A DNA stretch of 56,658 bases from Dehalococcoides sp. JdFR-56 (GCA_002011495.1 MTNR01000001.1:1-56658), one strand, 5' to 3'. Shown: positions 11,817-21,777, counted from the stretch's first letter. Translations and numbers: made by a program. The notes: a model not told the origin generated them from the sequence alone.

Positions 11817-12851
11817 TCACATGTAGCGCTTTCTTATCTTCTCCGATAGCTCGGCCAAGAGCTCCAGGGCATGGGCGGCAGCCTCCTCAGCCGCCAGAGA
11901 TGCCAGCCCGCAGCTAGGAGTAAGCAGCCCCTGTGCTATCAGCTGCCGGAAGCGGACGCCCTCCCTGGTGAAGGGAGCCATCGCCTCTTCCAGACGGTCT
12001 TTGAGGCTGGCCGCAGTTTCCTTGGCCAGCGCCTCCTCCTCGTTGGGGACAATCCCCCAGGCAACGTTGCCCCCTCTCTCCAGGAACCTTTTCACCTCGG
12101 CGGGATAGAGGCTGAGCGACTGCGCGTAATTATAAGCGTCAAAGCTGATGATATCCACGCTAGTGCTGAGCAGGATAGACCAGTCAGTGTTCCCACAGCA
12201 GTGAACCCCCTTCAGCCCACTCAAGCCAGCTAAGACCTCCTCCAGCAGATTGACCACCCTCTCCCGGGAGAGCATCATGCCCACCGAGCCAAAAGCGGAC
12301 ATATACGGCTCATCAATGAAGATGATGATGTCCCGGCATATCTGCCGCAGTTCCCTTTCCTGCCAGGCCGCCTTCAATTTGAGCAGCTTGGGCACAGCAT
12401 CACCCAGCACCTCATCATAGAGAACGCCCTTGCCCGCATCATCGGTTACTGTCAGTCCCCAGGTAACCGGCCCGGTGACATGCCCCTTGACCGCCAGAGG
12501 CGAGAGCCCAGACAGAGCGAGGAAGTGGTGGAGACCAGCGGCATATTCCGGGCTGATGGGGAATTTATCCAGGTCATTCTCAAGGTAAGCGCTGTAGAGC
12601 TGCTCCAGCGGCCTATCCAAATCCTGGGAGCGGTCAACGTAGATTTTCTTCTCATCCTCCCTGACCACCACCCCAGGGAAGCCCTGGCTGTACTGGACAT
12701 ACATGTTCTCCAGAAAAGAGCGCTTGGGTAGCTGTGGCCAGGCAGGGATGTCCTTGAGGTAGCGGGTGATCTCAGCGCACGCCACCTCGGGCTGAATATG
12801 GGGCATGCTGCCGATTATCGTCGCGCGGCAGCCGAATTCAACACCAGGCAT
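11817..12851 (-). CDS. Core (folate-independent) methionine synthase, MetE catalytic-domain-only, MesB-like
   Basis: Single 344-aa domain with IGSMPH, WPQLP, FIDEP and zinc-ligand pattern HCC...SFD...PSCG; adjacent to mtnP. Confidence 0.8.
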   Translation of the reverse strand: MPGVEFGCRATIIGSMPHIQPEVACAEITRYLKDIPAWPQLPKRSFLENMYVQYSQGFPGVVVREDEKKIYVDRSQDLDRPLEQLYSAYLENDLDKFPISPEYAAGLHHFLALSGLSPLAVKGHVTGPVTWGLTVTDDAGKGVLYDEVLGDAVPKLLKLKAAWQERELRQICRDIIIFIDEPYMSAFGSVGMMLSRERVVNLLEEVLAGLSGLKGVHCCGNTDWSILLSTSVDIISFDAYNYAQSLSLYPAEVKRFLERGGNVAWGIVPNEEEALAKETAASLKDRLEEAMAPFTREGVRFRQLIAQGLLTPSCGLASLAAEEAAAHALELLAELSEKIRKRYM

Positions 12852-12855
12852 CAGG

Positions 12856-13725
12856 CTAACCCTTCCTCAGATACCTGCCGATGAGCAAATCGAGCTTCTG
12901 CTTCTGCTTATCCGGTATCAGTTCCGACGCGGTGACCACCGCCGTCTGGAGCGCTGTGGCGCACTGGCAGTCCCGGCGCTGGGGCACCCTGCCCACCGCC
13001 AGCTTGATGATTTTTTTGGCGGTGTCAATATTCTGGCGCAGGGTGTTTAAGATAATTTCCGCGGTGACCGCCTCGTGCTTTCTGTGCCAGCAATCGTAGT
13101 CAGTGATGCAGGCGATAATAGCGTAGCAGATTTCCGCCTCCCGCGCTAGTTTGGCTTCAGGCAGCGCCGTCATGCCGATGACATCCACCCCCCAAGAGCG
13201 GTAGAGAAATGATTCTGCTCTAGTGGAGAAGGCAGGGCCCTCAATCACCACATAGGTGCCCCCCTGGTGAACGGTGGCCCCCGCCTCCTTGGCCGCCTGA
13301 TAGACCACCTGGCTCAGCACCGGGCAGAAGGGCTCGCCGAAGGGGATGTGCACCACGACACCCTCCCCGAAGAAGGTATTGGCCCGGCTGCGGGTGCGGT
13401 CAATCAGCTGGTCAGGGATGAGCAGGTCACCGGGCTTGAATTCCTCCTTCAGGCTGCCCACCGAGTTGATGGCGATGATACGCTCCACCCCCAGCGATTT
13501 AAGCGCGTAGATATTGGCCCTTGAAGGCACCTCAGTGGGCAGGATGCGGTGCCCCCGCCCGTGCCGGGGGAGAAAGGCAACCCCCACCCCCTCCAATTTG
13601 CCCACAACGATAGTGTCACTCGGCCTACCGAATGGTGTATTTATATCAACTTCTTCGATATCAGTTATGCCCTCCATATCATATAGCCCGCTCCCGCCAA
13701 TAACCCCGATTTTAGCCTGTGGCAT
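12856..13725 (-). CDS. mtnP: S-methyl-5'-thioadenosine phosphorylase
   Basis: IGVIGGSGLY, FLPRHGRGH, EGPAFSTRAES, IGMT, EAKLAREAE, TDYDCW. Confidence 0.93.
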   Translation of the reverse strand: MPQAKIGVIGGSGLYDMEGITDIEEVDINTPFGRPSDTIVVGKLEGVGVAFLPRHGRGHRILPTEVPSRANIYALKSLGVERIIAINSVGSLKEEFKPGDLLIPDQLIDRTRSRANTFFGEGVVVHIPFGEPFCPVLSQVVYQAAKEAGATVHQGGTYVVIEGPAFSTRAESFLYRSWGVDVIGMTALPEAKLAREAEICYAIIACITDYDCWHRKHEAVTAEIILNTLRQNIDTAKKIIKLAVGRVPQRRDCQCATALQTAVVTASELIPDKQKQKLDLLIGRYLRKG

Positions 13726-13889
13726 CGGAGACCTCCTTACCGCGTCATGCTAGCGCCAAACTGAAGACCCAAACTAAATAAAATATACCATAAATTACTC
13801 GGTGCGTAGAACCACTTTATACCACAAGGGAGATAAGAAACTGGATGGGGCCATCGGCTCAAGAGCCAGTTACTTGAAAAAGCGCCACT

Positions 13890-14849
13890 TTAATCAATTG
13901 GCCAGGTGATGTTAAAGTATTTCAGTCTCCTCACGTGAAGGAAGGTCTCCACCGAGGCTACCCCGGGTATCGGTGCCAGAAACTCGGTGACGAACTGGTC
14001 TAGTAAATTGGTGTTCCGGAAGCGGGTCACCAGTATAATATTATGCCTCCCCAGCGCCACCGAGGCGATGGAAACCGCCGGATGTTCGATTATGGAATCA
14101 ATAATCTTGTGCGGATTGGGTATGGAAACGGTAATGCCTATCGTGGCTCGCGCCCCATACTCCAGCTCCCTGGTTATGGGAATAACCTCCACCGCGAAGA
14201 GTCCCTTGGCCTGCATCGCTTTTAATCGTTTCCGCACCGTATTCTCGCCCAAGCCAAGTTTCTGAGATAGCACCTTGGGCTGAGCCGGGCCCTCCTTGAG
14301 CAAATGCTCCAGTATGGTTCTCTCGGTATTATCCATCTCATATCGTTCGTAATGGAATGAGTTCAGATTCGCCAGGTCATAAAAAGATTTGTTTCTTTTC
14401 AGCGTTGGCTTCGGCCAGGAGAGAAAGTTATATTTTCGGGGATGCACCAGCAGGAATGTCTCCGCCGCGTTGATGCCGCTGATTTTGGTCAACTCTGAAT
14501 TGACAAAGTCAGCAAGTTTATCAATGGTATCGAAGAAAACAGCTATCATAAGATCGAATCTGCCCAAAGTCGCCGCGGCGAAGTAGACTGAGGGATTGGA
14601 GACCAGCTTGCGCGCCACATTGAGGAAGGAGCCAGGCGATACCCTGATGCCAATCCTGGCCCAGGCTCGGAACCCCAGCAAGACCAGATTGGGAACCACG
14701 ATCTTGCGCACCAGGCCAGTGCTGAAAATATTATTGATGCGCCGGCGAATCGTCCTCTCGCTGACGCCATACTGGCCAGCCATTGTGGCGTATCTCTGAA
14801 CGCCCCGGCTCTCCAAATCCAAGATTATTTTCTCATCAAGCTGGTCCAT
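13890..14849 (-). CDS. Lrp/AsnC-family transcriptional regulator with two tandem HTH-RAM units
   Basis: Two repeats: MDQLDEKII...GVSERTIRRRI...GRFDLM and MDNTERTIL...GLGENTVRKRL...GRHNII. Divergent from the TRAP operon. Confidence 0.85.
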   Translation of the reverse strand: MDQLDEKIILDLESRGVQRYATMAGQYGVSERTIRRRINNIFSTGLVRKIVVPNLVLLGFRAWARIGIRVSPGSFLNVARKLVSNPSVYFAAATLGRFDLMIAVFFDTIDKLADFVNSELTKISGINAAETFLLVHPRKYNFLSWPKPTLKRNKSFYDLANLNSFHYERYEMDNTERTILEHLLKEGPAQPKVLSQKLGLGENTVRKRLKAMQAKGLFAVEVIPITRELEYGARATIGITVSIPNPHKIIDSIIEHPAVSIASVALGRHNIILVTRFRNTNLLDQFVTEFLAPIPGVASVETFLHVRRLKYFNITWPID

Positions 14850-14898
14850 GCCAACTAGCAGCTTCCTCTGGATAATTTTTTACCGTGCTATCTGGTAA

Positions 14899-14927
14899 AT
14901 AATACGTTGGCCAAATCAAGTTGTCAA
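14899..14927 (-). promoter_or_regulatory. sigma70-type promoter for the Lrp gene
   Basis: Minus strand TTGACA-17 nt-TATTAT. Confidence 0.65.
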
Positions 14928-15008
14928 TATTTGGCATATTCTGTCACTTATCGACCTCTCCTGCCCGATATTTTTACCACGGTATGCTAAAAATTGGCAT
15001 TTTTGGGC

Positions 15009-15037
15009 TTGACATTTCCTATTTTGACCTCTAGAAT
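15009..15037 (+). promoter_or_regulatory. sigma70-type promoter for the TRAP operon
   Basis: TTGACA-17 nt-TAGAAT in an AT-rich intergenic region. Confidence 0.75.
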
Positions 15038-15199
15038 AGCGGAAAGCGTTAATATTTTGCAACAAATAGGCTGAATTTGGACAATAATATTCCCTTCAAA
15101 ATTTATGAAGGGAATGCCCTAAACTACTAGGAAGGGGGGTGATGGCTTTCCACAACCGGAATTTCGGGCGCTCTAGCATTGCAAATATAGGAGGGGAAA

Positions 15200-16270
15200 A
15201 TGGACAGAAGAGCGATTTTGGCCCTAGTTATGGTGACGGTGCTGGCCGCCGGTCTGGTTGCCTGTGCCGCCCCAGCACCTGCCCCAGCTCCAGCCCCAGC
15301 GCCGGCCCCCAGCCCAGCACCTACGCCATCCCTGCCCGAGGTGACCTGGAACCTGCAGGGCTTCCAGATAAACTATGAGACACTGCCGATGCCTCAGTCC
15401 CTGGAGCTGGCCAAGAACGTTGAAGCGCGCACCAATGGCAAGTTCAAGATCCACGTGGCACTGGAGGGAGAACTGGGCGTTAACCGAGACAATTACAATG
15501 AAGCCGCACAGGCAGGCATCATCGAGCTGATTCAGCACAGCAGCCCTCTTCTGGAGAGGATAATACCCCATATGGGCGTATACCAGCTCCCACAACTGGC
15601 GGTTACGCCACAAGAGTGGGAAAAGCTGATGGTAGCACTGGGGGAGACGGACCAGGCTGCCATGAAGAAGTATGGCTTCCAGCTCCTCAGCCCCGGGGTG
15701 ATATACTGCGACTGGAACCAGGAGATGTTCACCAAGGAGCCAGTTAAGGACATGACCAATCTGGATGGGCTCAAGGTGAGGGTATGGCAATCCGCCATGG
15801 AGAAGCTAATCGCTGCTCTTAATGGCGACCCAGTGTATATGGCCTTTACCGAGGTTTACATGGCCATGCAGCGCGGAGTGGTGGATGGCTTCATTACCGG
15901 GCCTCCGGCCGCCGAGGCGATACCAGTCTGGGAGATCGGCACTCAGTTCTATCCCATTGGTCTGCCGGGTGGAGGGCGCTTCCTGGTGGTCAACACCAAG
16001 GCCTTTGAGTCCCTGCCAGAAGAGTACCAAAAGATTCTGGTTGAGGAGGGGGAGAAATACGGCGAATCCGCTAGACAAGGTGTGGCCGGCGAAGTGAAGG
16101 AAGCCCTGGCTGCGTTTGAAGAGCATGGAATGACGCTGAACGAGCTGAGCTCAGCAGAGAGGGAGGCCTGGAGGGCAGCCGCCCTGCCGCTCTGGGATGA
16201 ATTCGCCAAGGCTGACCCCAACAATGCCAAAGTGCTGGAAATGGCCAAAGAGGTTCTCGGCATAAAATAA
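15200..16270 (+). CDS. dctP: TRAP transporter solute-binding lipoprotein (DctP family)
   Basis: Lipobox LVAC, Pro/Ala linker, GLKVRV (conserved Arg), FTEVYMAMQRGVVDG, FESLPEEYQ. Confidence 0.9.
   Translation: MDRRAILALVMVTVLAAGLVACAAPAPAPAPAPAPAPSPAPTPSLPEVTWNLQGFQINYETLPMPQSLELAKNVEARTNGKFKIHVALEGELGVNRDNYNEAAQAGIIELIQHSSPLLERIIPHMGVYQLPQLAVTPQEWEKLMVALGETDQAAMKKYGFQLLSPGVIYCDWNQEMFTKEPVKDMTNLDGLKVRVWQSAMEKLIAALNGDPVYMAFTEVYMAMQRGVVDGFITGPPAAEAIPVWEIGTQFYPIGLPGGGRFLVVNTKAFESLPEEYQKILVEEGEKYGESARQGVAGEVKEALAAFEEHGMTLNELSSAEREAWRAAALPLWDEFAKADPNNAKVLEMAKEVLGIK
15266..15331 (+). repeat. Low-complexity (Ala-Pro)n coding repeat, lipoprotein linker
   Basis: Encodes AAPAPAPAPAPAPAPSPAPTPS directly after the lipidated Cys. 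Confidence 0.8.
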
Positions 16271-16323
16271 GCCAAGGCCTCTGGTAAGGGCGGCCAGGCG
16301 GCGCAAATCAGCTTGAAAGACTG

Positions 16324-16854
16324 GTGAAAACGATGCTGGGAAACAGGTTAAAGCGCTATCCTGACAGGCTGGGGGAGTGGTGCTCCCGTGTGTCCACCGT
16401 GCTCACTGCGCTACTCCTGGTCTTCATGGCGCTGCTGATAACGGTAGATGTCATCGGGCGAGGCGTATTCTCCAAGCCGACCCTCATCGCTGATGCCGCG
16501 TCAGGGTACGCGCTGGTTGGCATCGTTTTCCTGGGCCTGGCGGTCAGCGAGTGGTCAGGGAAACACGTTACGGTGCAAATCCTAACCCGACGGCTGCCTC
16601 CACACCGGCGCGAGCAGGTGGAGGCAGCCGTCCTGATTATCACCTTGGCCTTCGCCATTTGGTTTCTCTGGATCCTGTTTGGCGTGGTCAAGGTGAATTA
16701 TGTCAACCAGACTGTTTCCATCGATGCCCTGCACATCCGCATGTGGATACCATATTCCGTCGGCCCCATTGGCACCGGTATTTTCGCCCTGGTGCTACTG
16801 GCTAAAGTGATTCAGAAAATAAGAGGCCTGGTGAGTGCTAGAGAAGTCAAATAA
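16324..16854 (+). CDS. dctQ: TRAP transporter small permease
   Basis: Four hydrophobic segments, DVIGR, H-V-x-V motif; lies between dctP and dctM. Confidence 0.85.
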   Translation: MKTMLGNRLKRYPDRLGEWCSRVSTVLTALLLVFMALLITVDVIGRGVFSKPTLIADAASGYALVGIVFLGLAVSEWSGKHVTVQILTRRLPPHRREQVEAAVLIITLAFAIWFLWILFGVVKVNYVNQTVSIDALHIRMWIPYSVGPIGTGIFALVLLAKVIQKIRGLVSAREVK

Positions 16855-16921
16855 GCATGGGATACCGCCCGGGCTCTAAATTATATGCGTTAGGTCAATT
16901 GTTTGGCAGGGAGGTCAGTAA

Positions 16922-18223
16922 TTGGACGCCAATGCCGCGGTAATCCTTGCCTTTGTCATCTTCGCTGTCCTGCTCCTCGCCGGCGCGGAGATCGCCGTGG
17001 CTTTGCTCATCAGCGGGGTGGCGGGCTTCTTTCTCTACCGGGGCGACCCCGGCTTTACCCCTCTTATCCCCTACGGAACCTTAAACAGCTTTATCCTGAC
17101 CGCCATCCCCCTGTTCATTCTCATGGGTGAGATTCTGGGACGCTGTGGAGCCTCGGACATGATTTACTCTAGCGCCAGCAAATGGCTGGCCTGGGCTCCC
17201 GGAGGTCTGCTCCACTCCAACATCGCCGCCTGCGCCATGTTTGCCTCCATCTCCGGTTCAAGCCCGGCGACTGCCGCCACCGTGGGCACCGTGGCCATCC
17301 CCCGAATGAAGGAGCGCCGCTATGATACTCAACTATTGCTGGGCTCAGTGGCGGCAGGGGGAACCCTGGGGATTCTCATCCCGCCAAGCATCACCATGAT
17401 CATTTACGGTGCCATAAGCCAGACCTCCATTGGAGCGCTTTTCGCCGGTGGCCTCATTCCCGGCATTATGCTCTCCATAATGTTCATGATTTACATCGGC
17501 ATCAGGGCGATGATGAACCCCAGACTGGCACCGCGCGAAAAACCCCCCTCAAGGAGAGAGCTGGCCTTCAGCCTCATCTCCATGTGGCCTCTATTATTTA
17601 TGGCGGTGGTGGTGCTCGGCGGGATATTCGGCGGCTTTCTCACCCCCACTGAAGCCGCCGCGGTGGGCAGTGTGGCCGCCATGGTCATCGGGCTGATGCT
17701 GCGGCGGCTGAACTGGCGGGTATTCCGGGAGTCCGTGGTTGAGGCGGTGAAGACCAGCTGCATGGTCCTTTTCATCCTCATGGGCGCCTTCGTCTTCGCC
17801 GGTTTTCTGGCCGATACCAGAGTGCCATCAGCCATATCCATCTACGTGGCCAGCCTGGGTTGGTCAAAAATCCCGATACTGGCGGCCATCTATTTCCTCT
17901 ACATATTTTTGGGCTGCTTTATAGACCCCGGCTCAATAATGGTGATTACACTACCTGCCATTCTGCCGATACTCAATGGCTTTGGCATCGACCTTATCTG
18001 GTTCGGGGTGGTGGCCGTGGTGCTCTCCGAGATCGGCATGATTACGCCACCGATGGGGCTCAATCTCTTCGTGGTTCAAGGCGTCTCGGGAGAGGACTTG
18101 GGCAAGGTGGTCATCGGCATAACGCCCTTCTTCTTCATATTGCTCTTGGGCGTGGCCATATTAACCGCCTTCCCTATTATCGCGCTATGGTTTCCATCGC
18201 TGGTGGGGCTTGCCGCAGGATGA
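16922..18223 (+). CDS. dctM: TRAP transporter large permease
   Basis: AIPLFILMG, SGSSPATAA, GGTLGILIPPS, TPTEAAA, ITPPMGLNLFV; TTG start after GGGAGG. Confidence 0.92.
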   Translation: MDANAAVILAFVIFAVLLLAGAEIAVALLISGVAGFFLYRGDPGFTPLIPYGTLNSFILTAIPLFILMGEILGRCGASDMIYSSASKWLAWAPGGLLHSNIAACAMFASISGSSPATAATVGTVAIPRMKERRYDTQLLLGSVAAGGTLGILIPPSITMIIYGAISQTSIGALFAGGLIPGIMLSIMFMIYIGIRAMMNPRLAPREKPPSRRELAFSLISMWPLLFMAVVVLGGIFGGFLTPTEAAAVGSVAAMVIGLMLRRLNWRVFRESVVEAVKTSCMVLFILMGAFVFAGFLADTRVPSAISIYVASLGWSKIPILAAIYFLYIFLGCFIDPGSIMVITLPAILPILNGFGIDLIWFGVVAVVLSEIGMITPPMGLNLFVVQGVSGEDLGKVVIGITPFFFILLLGVAILTAFPIIALWFPSLVGLAAG

Positions 18224-18276
18224 TTTTTGGCCACTAGTAGCAGGAGCTTAAAAGATGAGCTGAGGGAGGAAAATAA

Positions 18277-19362
18277 ATGATCATTGACTGTCATATGCAC
18301 GTGTTTCCCTGGCTGGGCGGCGCCTGCGGGTGGGAGAGCCAGAAGGCACACCTGGACTATCTCCAGAAGTTCATGTACAGCGCCGCCCGGCCCCAGGCAG
18401 CGGCCAGGCCAGACTTCTGGACCTCCGAGCTGAACATCAACTTCAGGGTGGGCAAGTTCGGGCGGATGGAGTGGAGCGAAGACGGGGTGGAGTATTACCG
18501 CCAGTTCATGCCCCCCAGCTTGCAGGAGCAGAGCGCCCCGCCGGAGTTCATCCTCGCCCAGATGGAACATGCCGGCGTGGACATGGCCGTCCTGCAAAAC
18601 TGCAAGCTCTACGGAAAGCTAAATGACTACTTCGCTGAGGCGGTGAGGAAATATCCTGACCGATTCGTCGGCACAGGTGAGATTGACGAATTTCACGCCG
18701 ATGAGGAGAGGGAGATCTCCAAGCTGAGGTACATCACCAAGCAGCTCGGCTTCACCGCCCTATTTTACGAGGCAACCAGGTTTGTGGAGACTGATAACCC
18801 GGCTGGGTTTGCTGACAAGAAATTTGACCGCTTCTGGCGCGAGGTGAGCGACCTAGGCATCGCGGTTCTCTGGAATTTCACCTCGGCCAAGGCACACTAC
18901 ATGGCCCAGATGCGGGCTTTCGCCGCCTGGGCAGACAGGTTCCCAGAGATTCCCTCACTGGTCACCATGGGCTTCTGCGTCCGCCCCTTCCTTGACCAAG
19001 GCAAGGTTAAGTACCCGAAGGAGCTCTTTGCTATTTTCAAAAAACCGAACGTGTTCGCCGAACTTGCCTACCCGATTCAGGCCGGCCCGCCAGGCTGGGA
19101 TTACCCCTTCCCCGAGGCCAATGAACTGATTCGGCAGCAATACGAGGAGCTCGGTGCTCACAAGCTCTGCTGGGGCTCAGATATGCCCAATGTGGAAAGA
19201 AATTGCACCTACCGGCAGTCCCTCACCCATCTGACCAAGTATTGCGATTTTATCAGCCAGCAGGATATGGAGCTTATTCTCGGCGGGAATATCGCCCGGA
19301 TAATGAAAATCAAGACTGACCTGCCCAGGACCCCCCGACCCAAACGGGCGGATGTGGCCTAG
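18277..19362 (+). CDS. Amidohydrolase_2 family metal-dependent hydrolase/decarboxylase
   Basis: IIDCHMH metal motif, YPDRFVG, WGSDMP, ILGGN. Confidence 0.85.
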   Translation: MIIDCHMHVFPWLGGACGWESQKAHLDYLQKFMYSAARPQAAARPDFWTSELNINFRVGKFGRMEWSEDGVEYYRQFMPPSLQEQSAPPEFILAQMEHAGVDMAVLQNCKLYGKLNDYFAEAVRKYPDRFVGTGEIDEFHADEEREISKLRYITKQLGFTALFYEATRFVETDNPAGFADKKFDRFWREVSDLGIAVLWNFTSAKAHYMAQMRAFAAWADRFPEIPSLVTMGFCVRPFLDQGKVKYPKELFAIFKKPNVFAELAYPIQAGPPGWDYPFPEANELIRQQYEELGAHKLCWGSDMPNVERNCTYRQSLTHLTKYCDFISQQDMELILGGNIARIMKIKTDLPRTPRPKRADVA

Positions 19363-19387
19363 GCAGTGGGAAAGGAGTAGAGCCAAA

Positions 19388-20386
19388 ATGGCAAAAGTGA
19401 AAGCGGTGCAGTACGGATGCGGCCCAATTGGATGCGGCGTCACTAGATACGCGGCGCAGAAGGCAGATATTGAGATTGTGGGGGCCATTGACGTGGCCCA
19501 GGAACTGGTGGGGCGTGACCTCGGCGAGGTGGCCGGCCTTGACCGCAAGCTCGGGGTGACCATCTCCGCCGAGGCTGAAGCGGTACTAGCCCAAACCAGA
19601 CCAGACATCGTTTTTCTCACCACCGCCTCGGCCCTGAAGGCCACTCGCCCGCAGCTGGAGACCTGTCTCAAGGCGGGCATCAATGTGGTATCCACCTGTG
19701 AAGAGCTGGCCTACCCCTACTGGAGGGAGCCTGAACTTGCCGCGGAAATAGGTGCCCTGGCAAAGCGCAGCCAGGTGACCGTCCTCGCCACCGGAGTCAA
19801 CCCGGGATTCCTCATGGATACCTGGCCCCTGTTCATGACCGGCGTCTGCCAGGAGGTCAAGAAAATCAGGGCGGTCAGAATCCAGAATGCCTCCAGCCGC
19901 CGGGGGCCATTCCAGAAGAAGATAGGGGCTGGCTGCACCCTGGCTGAATTCCAGGAGAGGGTGGCCGCGGGCACGCTGCGCCATGTTGGCCTGGCAGAAT
20001 CGATCGCCATGATTGCCGCCGGTCTGGGCTGGAGGCTGGATGACATCACCGAGACCATTGAGCCGGTGGTGGCCAAAGCCCCGGTCAAGACCGATTTCGT
20101 CACCGTTTCCCCGGGGCAGGCCTCCGGGGTAAAACAGATTGCCAGGGGCTTGATGGGGGGAGAGGAAGTGATCACCCTGGAATTTGTCGCCTCGGTTGAT
20201 GCCCCGCAATCCTACGACGCGGTCTATATCAGCGGCCGGCCTGATCTAGAGGTCGTAATCCAGGGCGGGACCCATGGCGATGTGGCCACCGCGGCTGTCG
20301 TGGTCAACGCCGTGCCCCGGGTCCTCGCCGCGCCACCAGGCCTAGTTACCATGAAGGACCTGCCCATCGTTATCGCCCAGGGGTAA
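19388..20386 (+). CDS. NAD(P)-dependent amine dehydrogenase / 2,4-diaminopentanoate dehydrogenase (Ord)-like
   Basis: VQYGCGPIG Rossmann motif, NVVSTCEELAYP, TGVNPGFLMD, GHVG-like RHVG, GDVATAA. Confidence 0.78.
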   Translation: MAKVKAVQYGCGPIGCGVTRYAAQKADIEIVGAIDVAQELVGRDLGEVAGLDRKLGVTISAEAEAVLAQTRPDIVFLTTASALKATRPQLETCLKAGINVVSTCEELAYPYWREPELAAEIGALAKRSQVTVLATGVNPGFLMDTWPLFMTGVCQEVKKIRAVRIQNASSRRGPFQKKIGAGCTLAEFQERVAAGTLRHVGLAESIAMIAAGLGWRLDDITETIEPVVAKAPVKTDFVTVSPGQASGVKQIARGLMGGEEVITLEFVASVDAPQSYDAVYISGRPDLEVVIQGGTHGDVATAAVVVNAVPRVLAAPPGLVTMKDLPIVIAQG

Positions 20387-20433
20387 ATGGCTTGGTCGCT
20401 TGCTAAAAATAAAGAAATGGAGGAAAGAGGAAA

Positions 20434-21777
20434 ATGGCTTCAGCAAACATCGCCGAGCAATACAAACAGGCCCGCCCAGGCTCGCTAAAGCTGCACGAGC
20501 GGGCGGAGCGGCTGTTTCCGGCAGACGGGGCAACCCACGGCGCCCGTGTTCTTGACCCCTTCCGGCCCTACATCACGCACGCCAAGGGGTCAAAGAAATG
20601 GGATGTTGACGGTAATGAGTACATTGACTACGGGATGGGACACGGCGCCCTCATACTGGGACACGGCCATCCGGCGATAGTCCAGGCGATACAGGAGCAG
20701 ACGGCGAAAGGCCTGCATTACAGTGAGAACCAGCCCCTGGAAGTTGAATGGGGAGAGCTCATCAGCCAGATGATGCCTGTGGCCGAGCGGATTGAGGTGT
20801 GCGCCTCCGGGCAGGAAGGCAACCTGATGGCTATCCGGATAGCGCGGACCTTCACCGGAAGAAAGAAAATCATCCGCTTTGAGGAGAACTTCCATGGCTG
20901 GGCGGGTGAGGTGGCACCAGAGGGCTCCGCCGGGGTCACCATGCCGGAGGTCACCTTCCTCCCCATGAATGATATCGCCGTCGTGGAGAAGGAGCTGGCT
21001 AGCAGGGAATACGCCCTGGTCATGATTGAGGGCGGCGGCGCCCACATGGCCGGGCAGATACCCTGGGAATATGACTTCATCCGCGAGCTTCCCCTAGTCA
21101 CCAAGAAGTACGGGACGCTTCTCCTCATTGATGAGGTGGTCACCGGCTTCCGCGAGTCCCGTGGTGGCTGGCAGGAACTGGTGGGGGTCAAGCCTGATTT
21201 AACCACGCTGGGCAAATGTGTCGGTGGGGGTATCCCGGTGGGGGCGGTGGTGGGCCGGGCTGATGTCATGGAGGTGCTGGACCCCAAACGCCCAGCGGAG
21301 AAGCGCATCAGGCACACCGGGACCTGGAACGCCAATCCGATTCAGTGCGCCGCCGGCATTGCCGCCTGCAAGCTGTACTTGAACGGTGAGCCGCAGAAGA
21401 AAGCGGCTGAGATCGGCGCTTATCTCCGCGAGCAGGGAAATAAAATGCTCAAAGAGAAAAAGATAAGCGGGCGTCTCTATGGCCGCACCATCATCCACCT
21501 CTACCTTGGGCCAATAGAATATGAGCCCTCTGACCCCGCCTTCCCGCCGACAAGGAGCCTGGCGCAGATCATTAATCCGGCCATGATTCCGATAAAGAAT
21601 GAGCTGTGTCTGCGGCTGCTGGAGCGCGGGATAGCCACCATGGGGGCTAGGTTCTTCGTCATGTCAGCGGCGCACACCAGAGAGGATGTTGACCGGACGG
21701 TGGCGGCGCTAGCTTCATCACTGGATGAGATGATGGCCACCGGAGCGCTCAAGGAGAGCTTGGCCGGGGTTAAGTAA
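20434..21777 (+). CDS. Class III PLP-dependent aminotransferase (GSA-aminomutase-like fold)
   Basis: WDVDGNEYID, FHGW, LIDEVVTGFR, TLGK(PLP Lys)CVGGG, HTGTWNANP. Confidence 0.88.
   Translation: MASANIAEQYKQARPGSLKLHERAERLFPADGATHGARVLDPFRPYITHAKGSKKWDVDGNEYIDYGMGHGALILGHGHPAIVQAIQEQTAKGLHYSENQPLEVEWGELISQMMPVAERIEVCASGQEGNLMAIRIARTFTGRKKIIRFEENFHGWAGEVAPEGSAGVTMPEVTFLPMNDIAVVEKELASREYALVMIEGGGAHMAGQIPWEYDFIRELPLVTKKYGTLLLIDEVVTGFRESRGGWQELVGVKPDLTTLGKCVGGGIPVGAVVGRADVMEVLDPKRPAEKRIRHTGTWNANPIQCAAGIAACKLYLNGEPQKKAAEIGAYLREQGNKMLKEKKISGRLYGRTIIHLYLGPIEYEPSDPAFPPTRSLAQIINPAMIPIKNELCLRLLERGIATMGARFFVMSAAHTREDVDRTVAALASSLDEMMATGALKESLAGVK

Noticed and set aside
15266-15331. CRISPR-like or VNTR repeat
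   Set aside because: It is a degenerate 6-nt periodicity encoding the Ala-Pro linker of DctP, with no spacers.
20434-21777. hemL (glutamate-1-semialdehyde aminomutase)
   Set aside because: Motifs diverge (SGQEG, NFHGW instead of SGTEA, YHGH), there are no hem genes nearby, and the context is catabolic.
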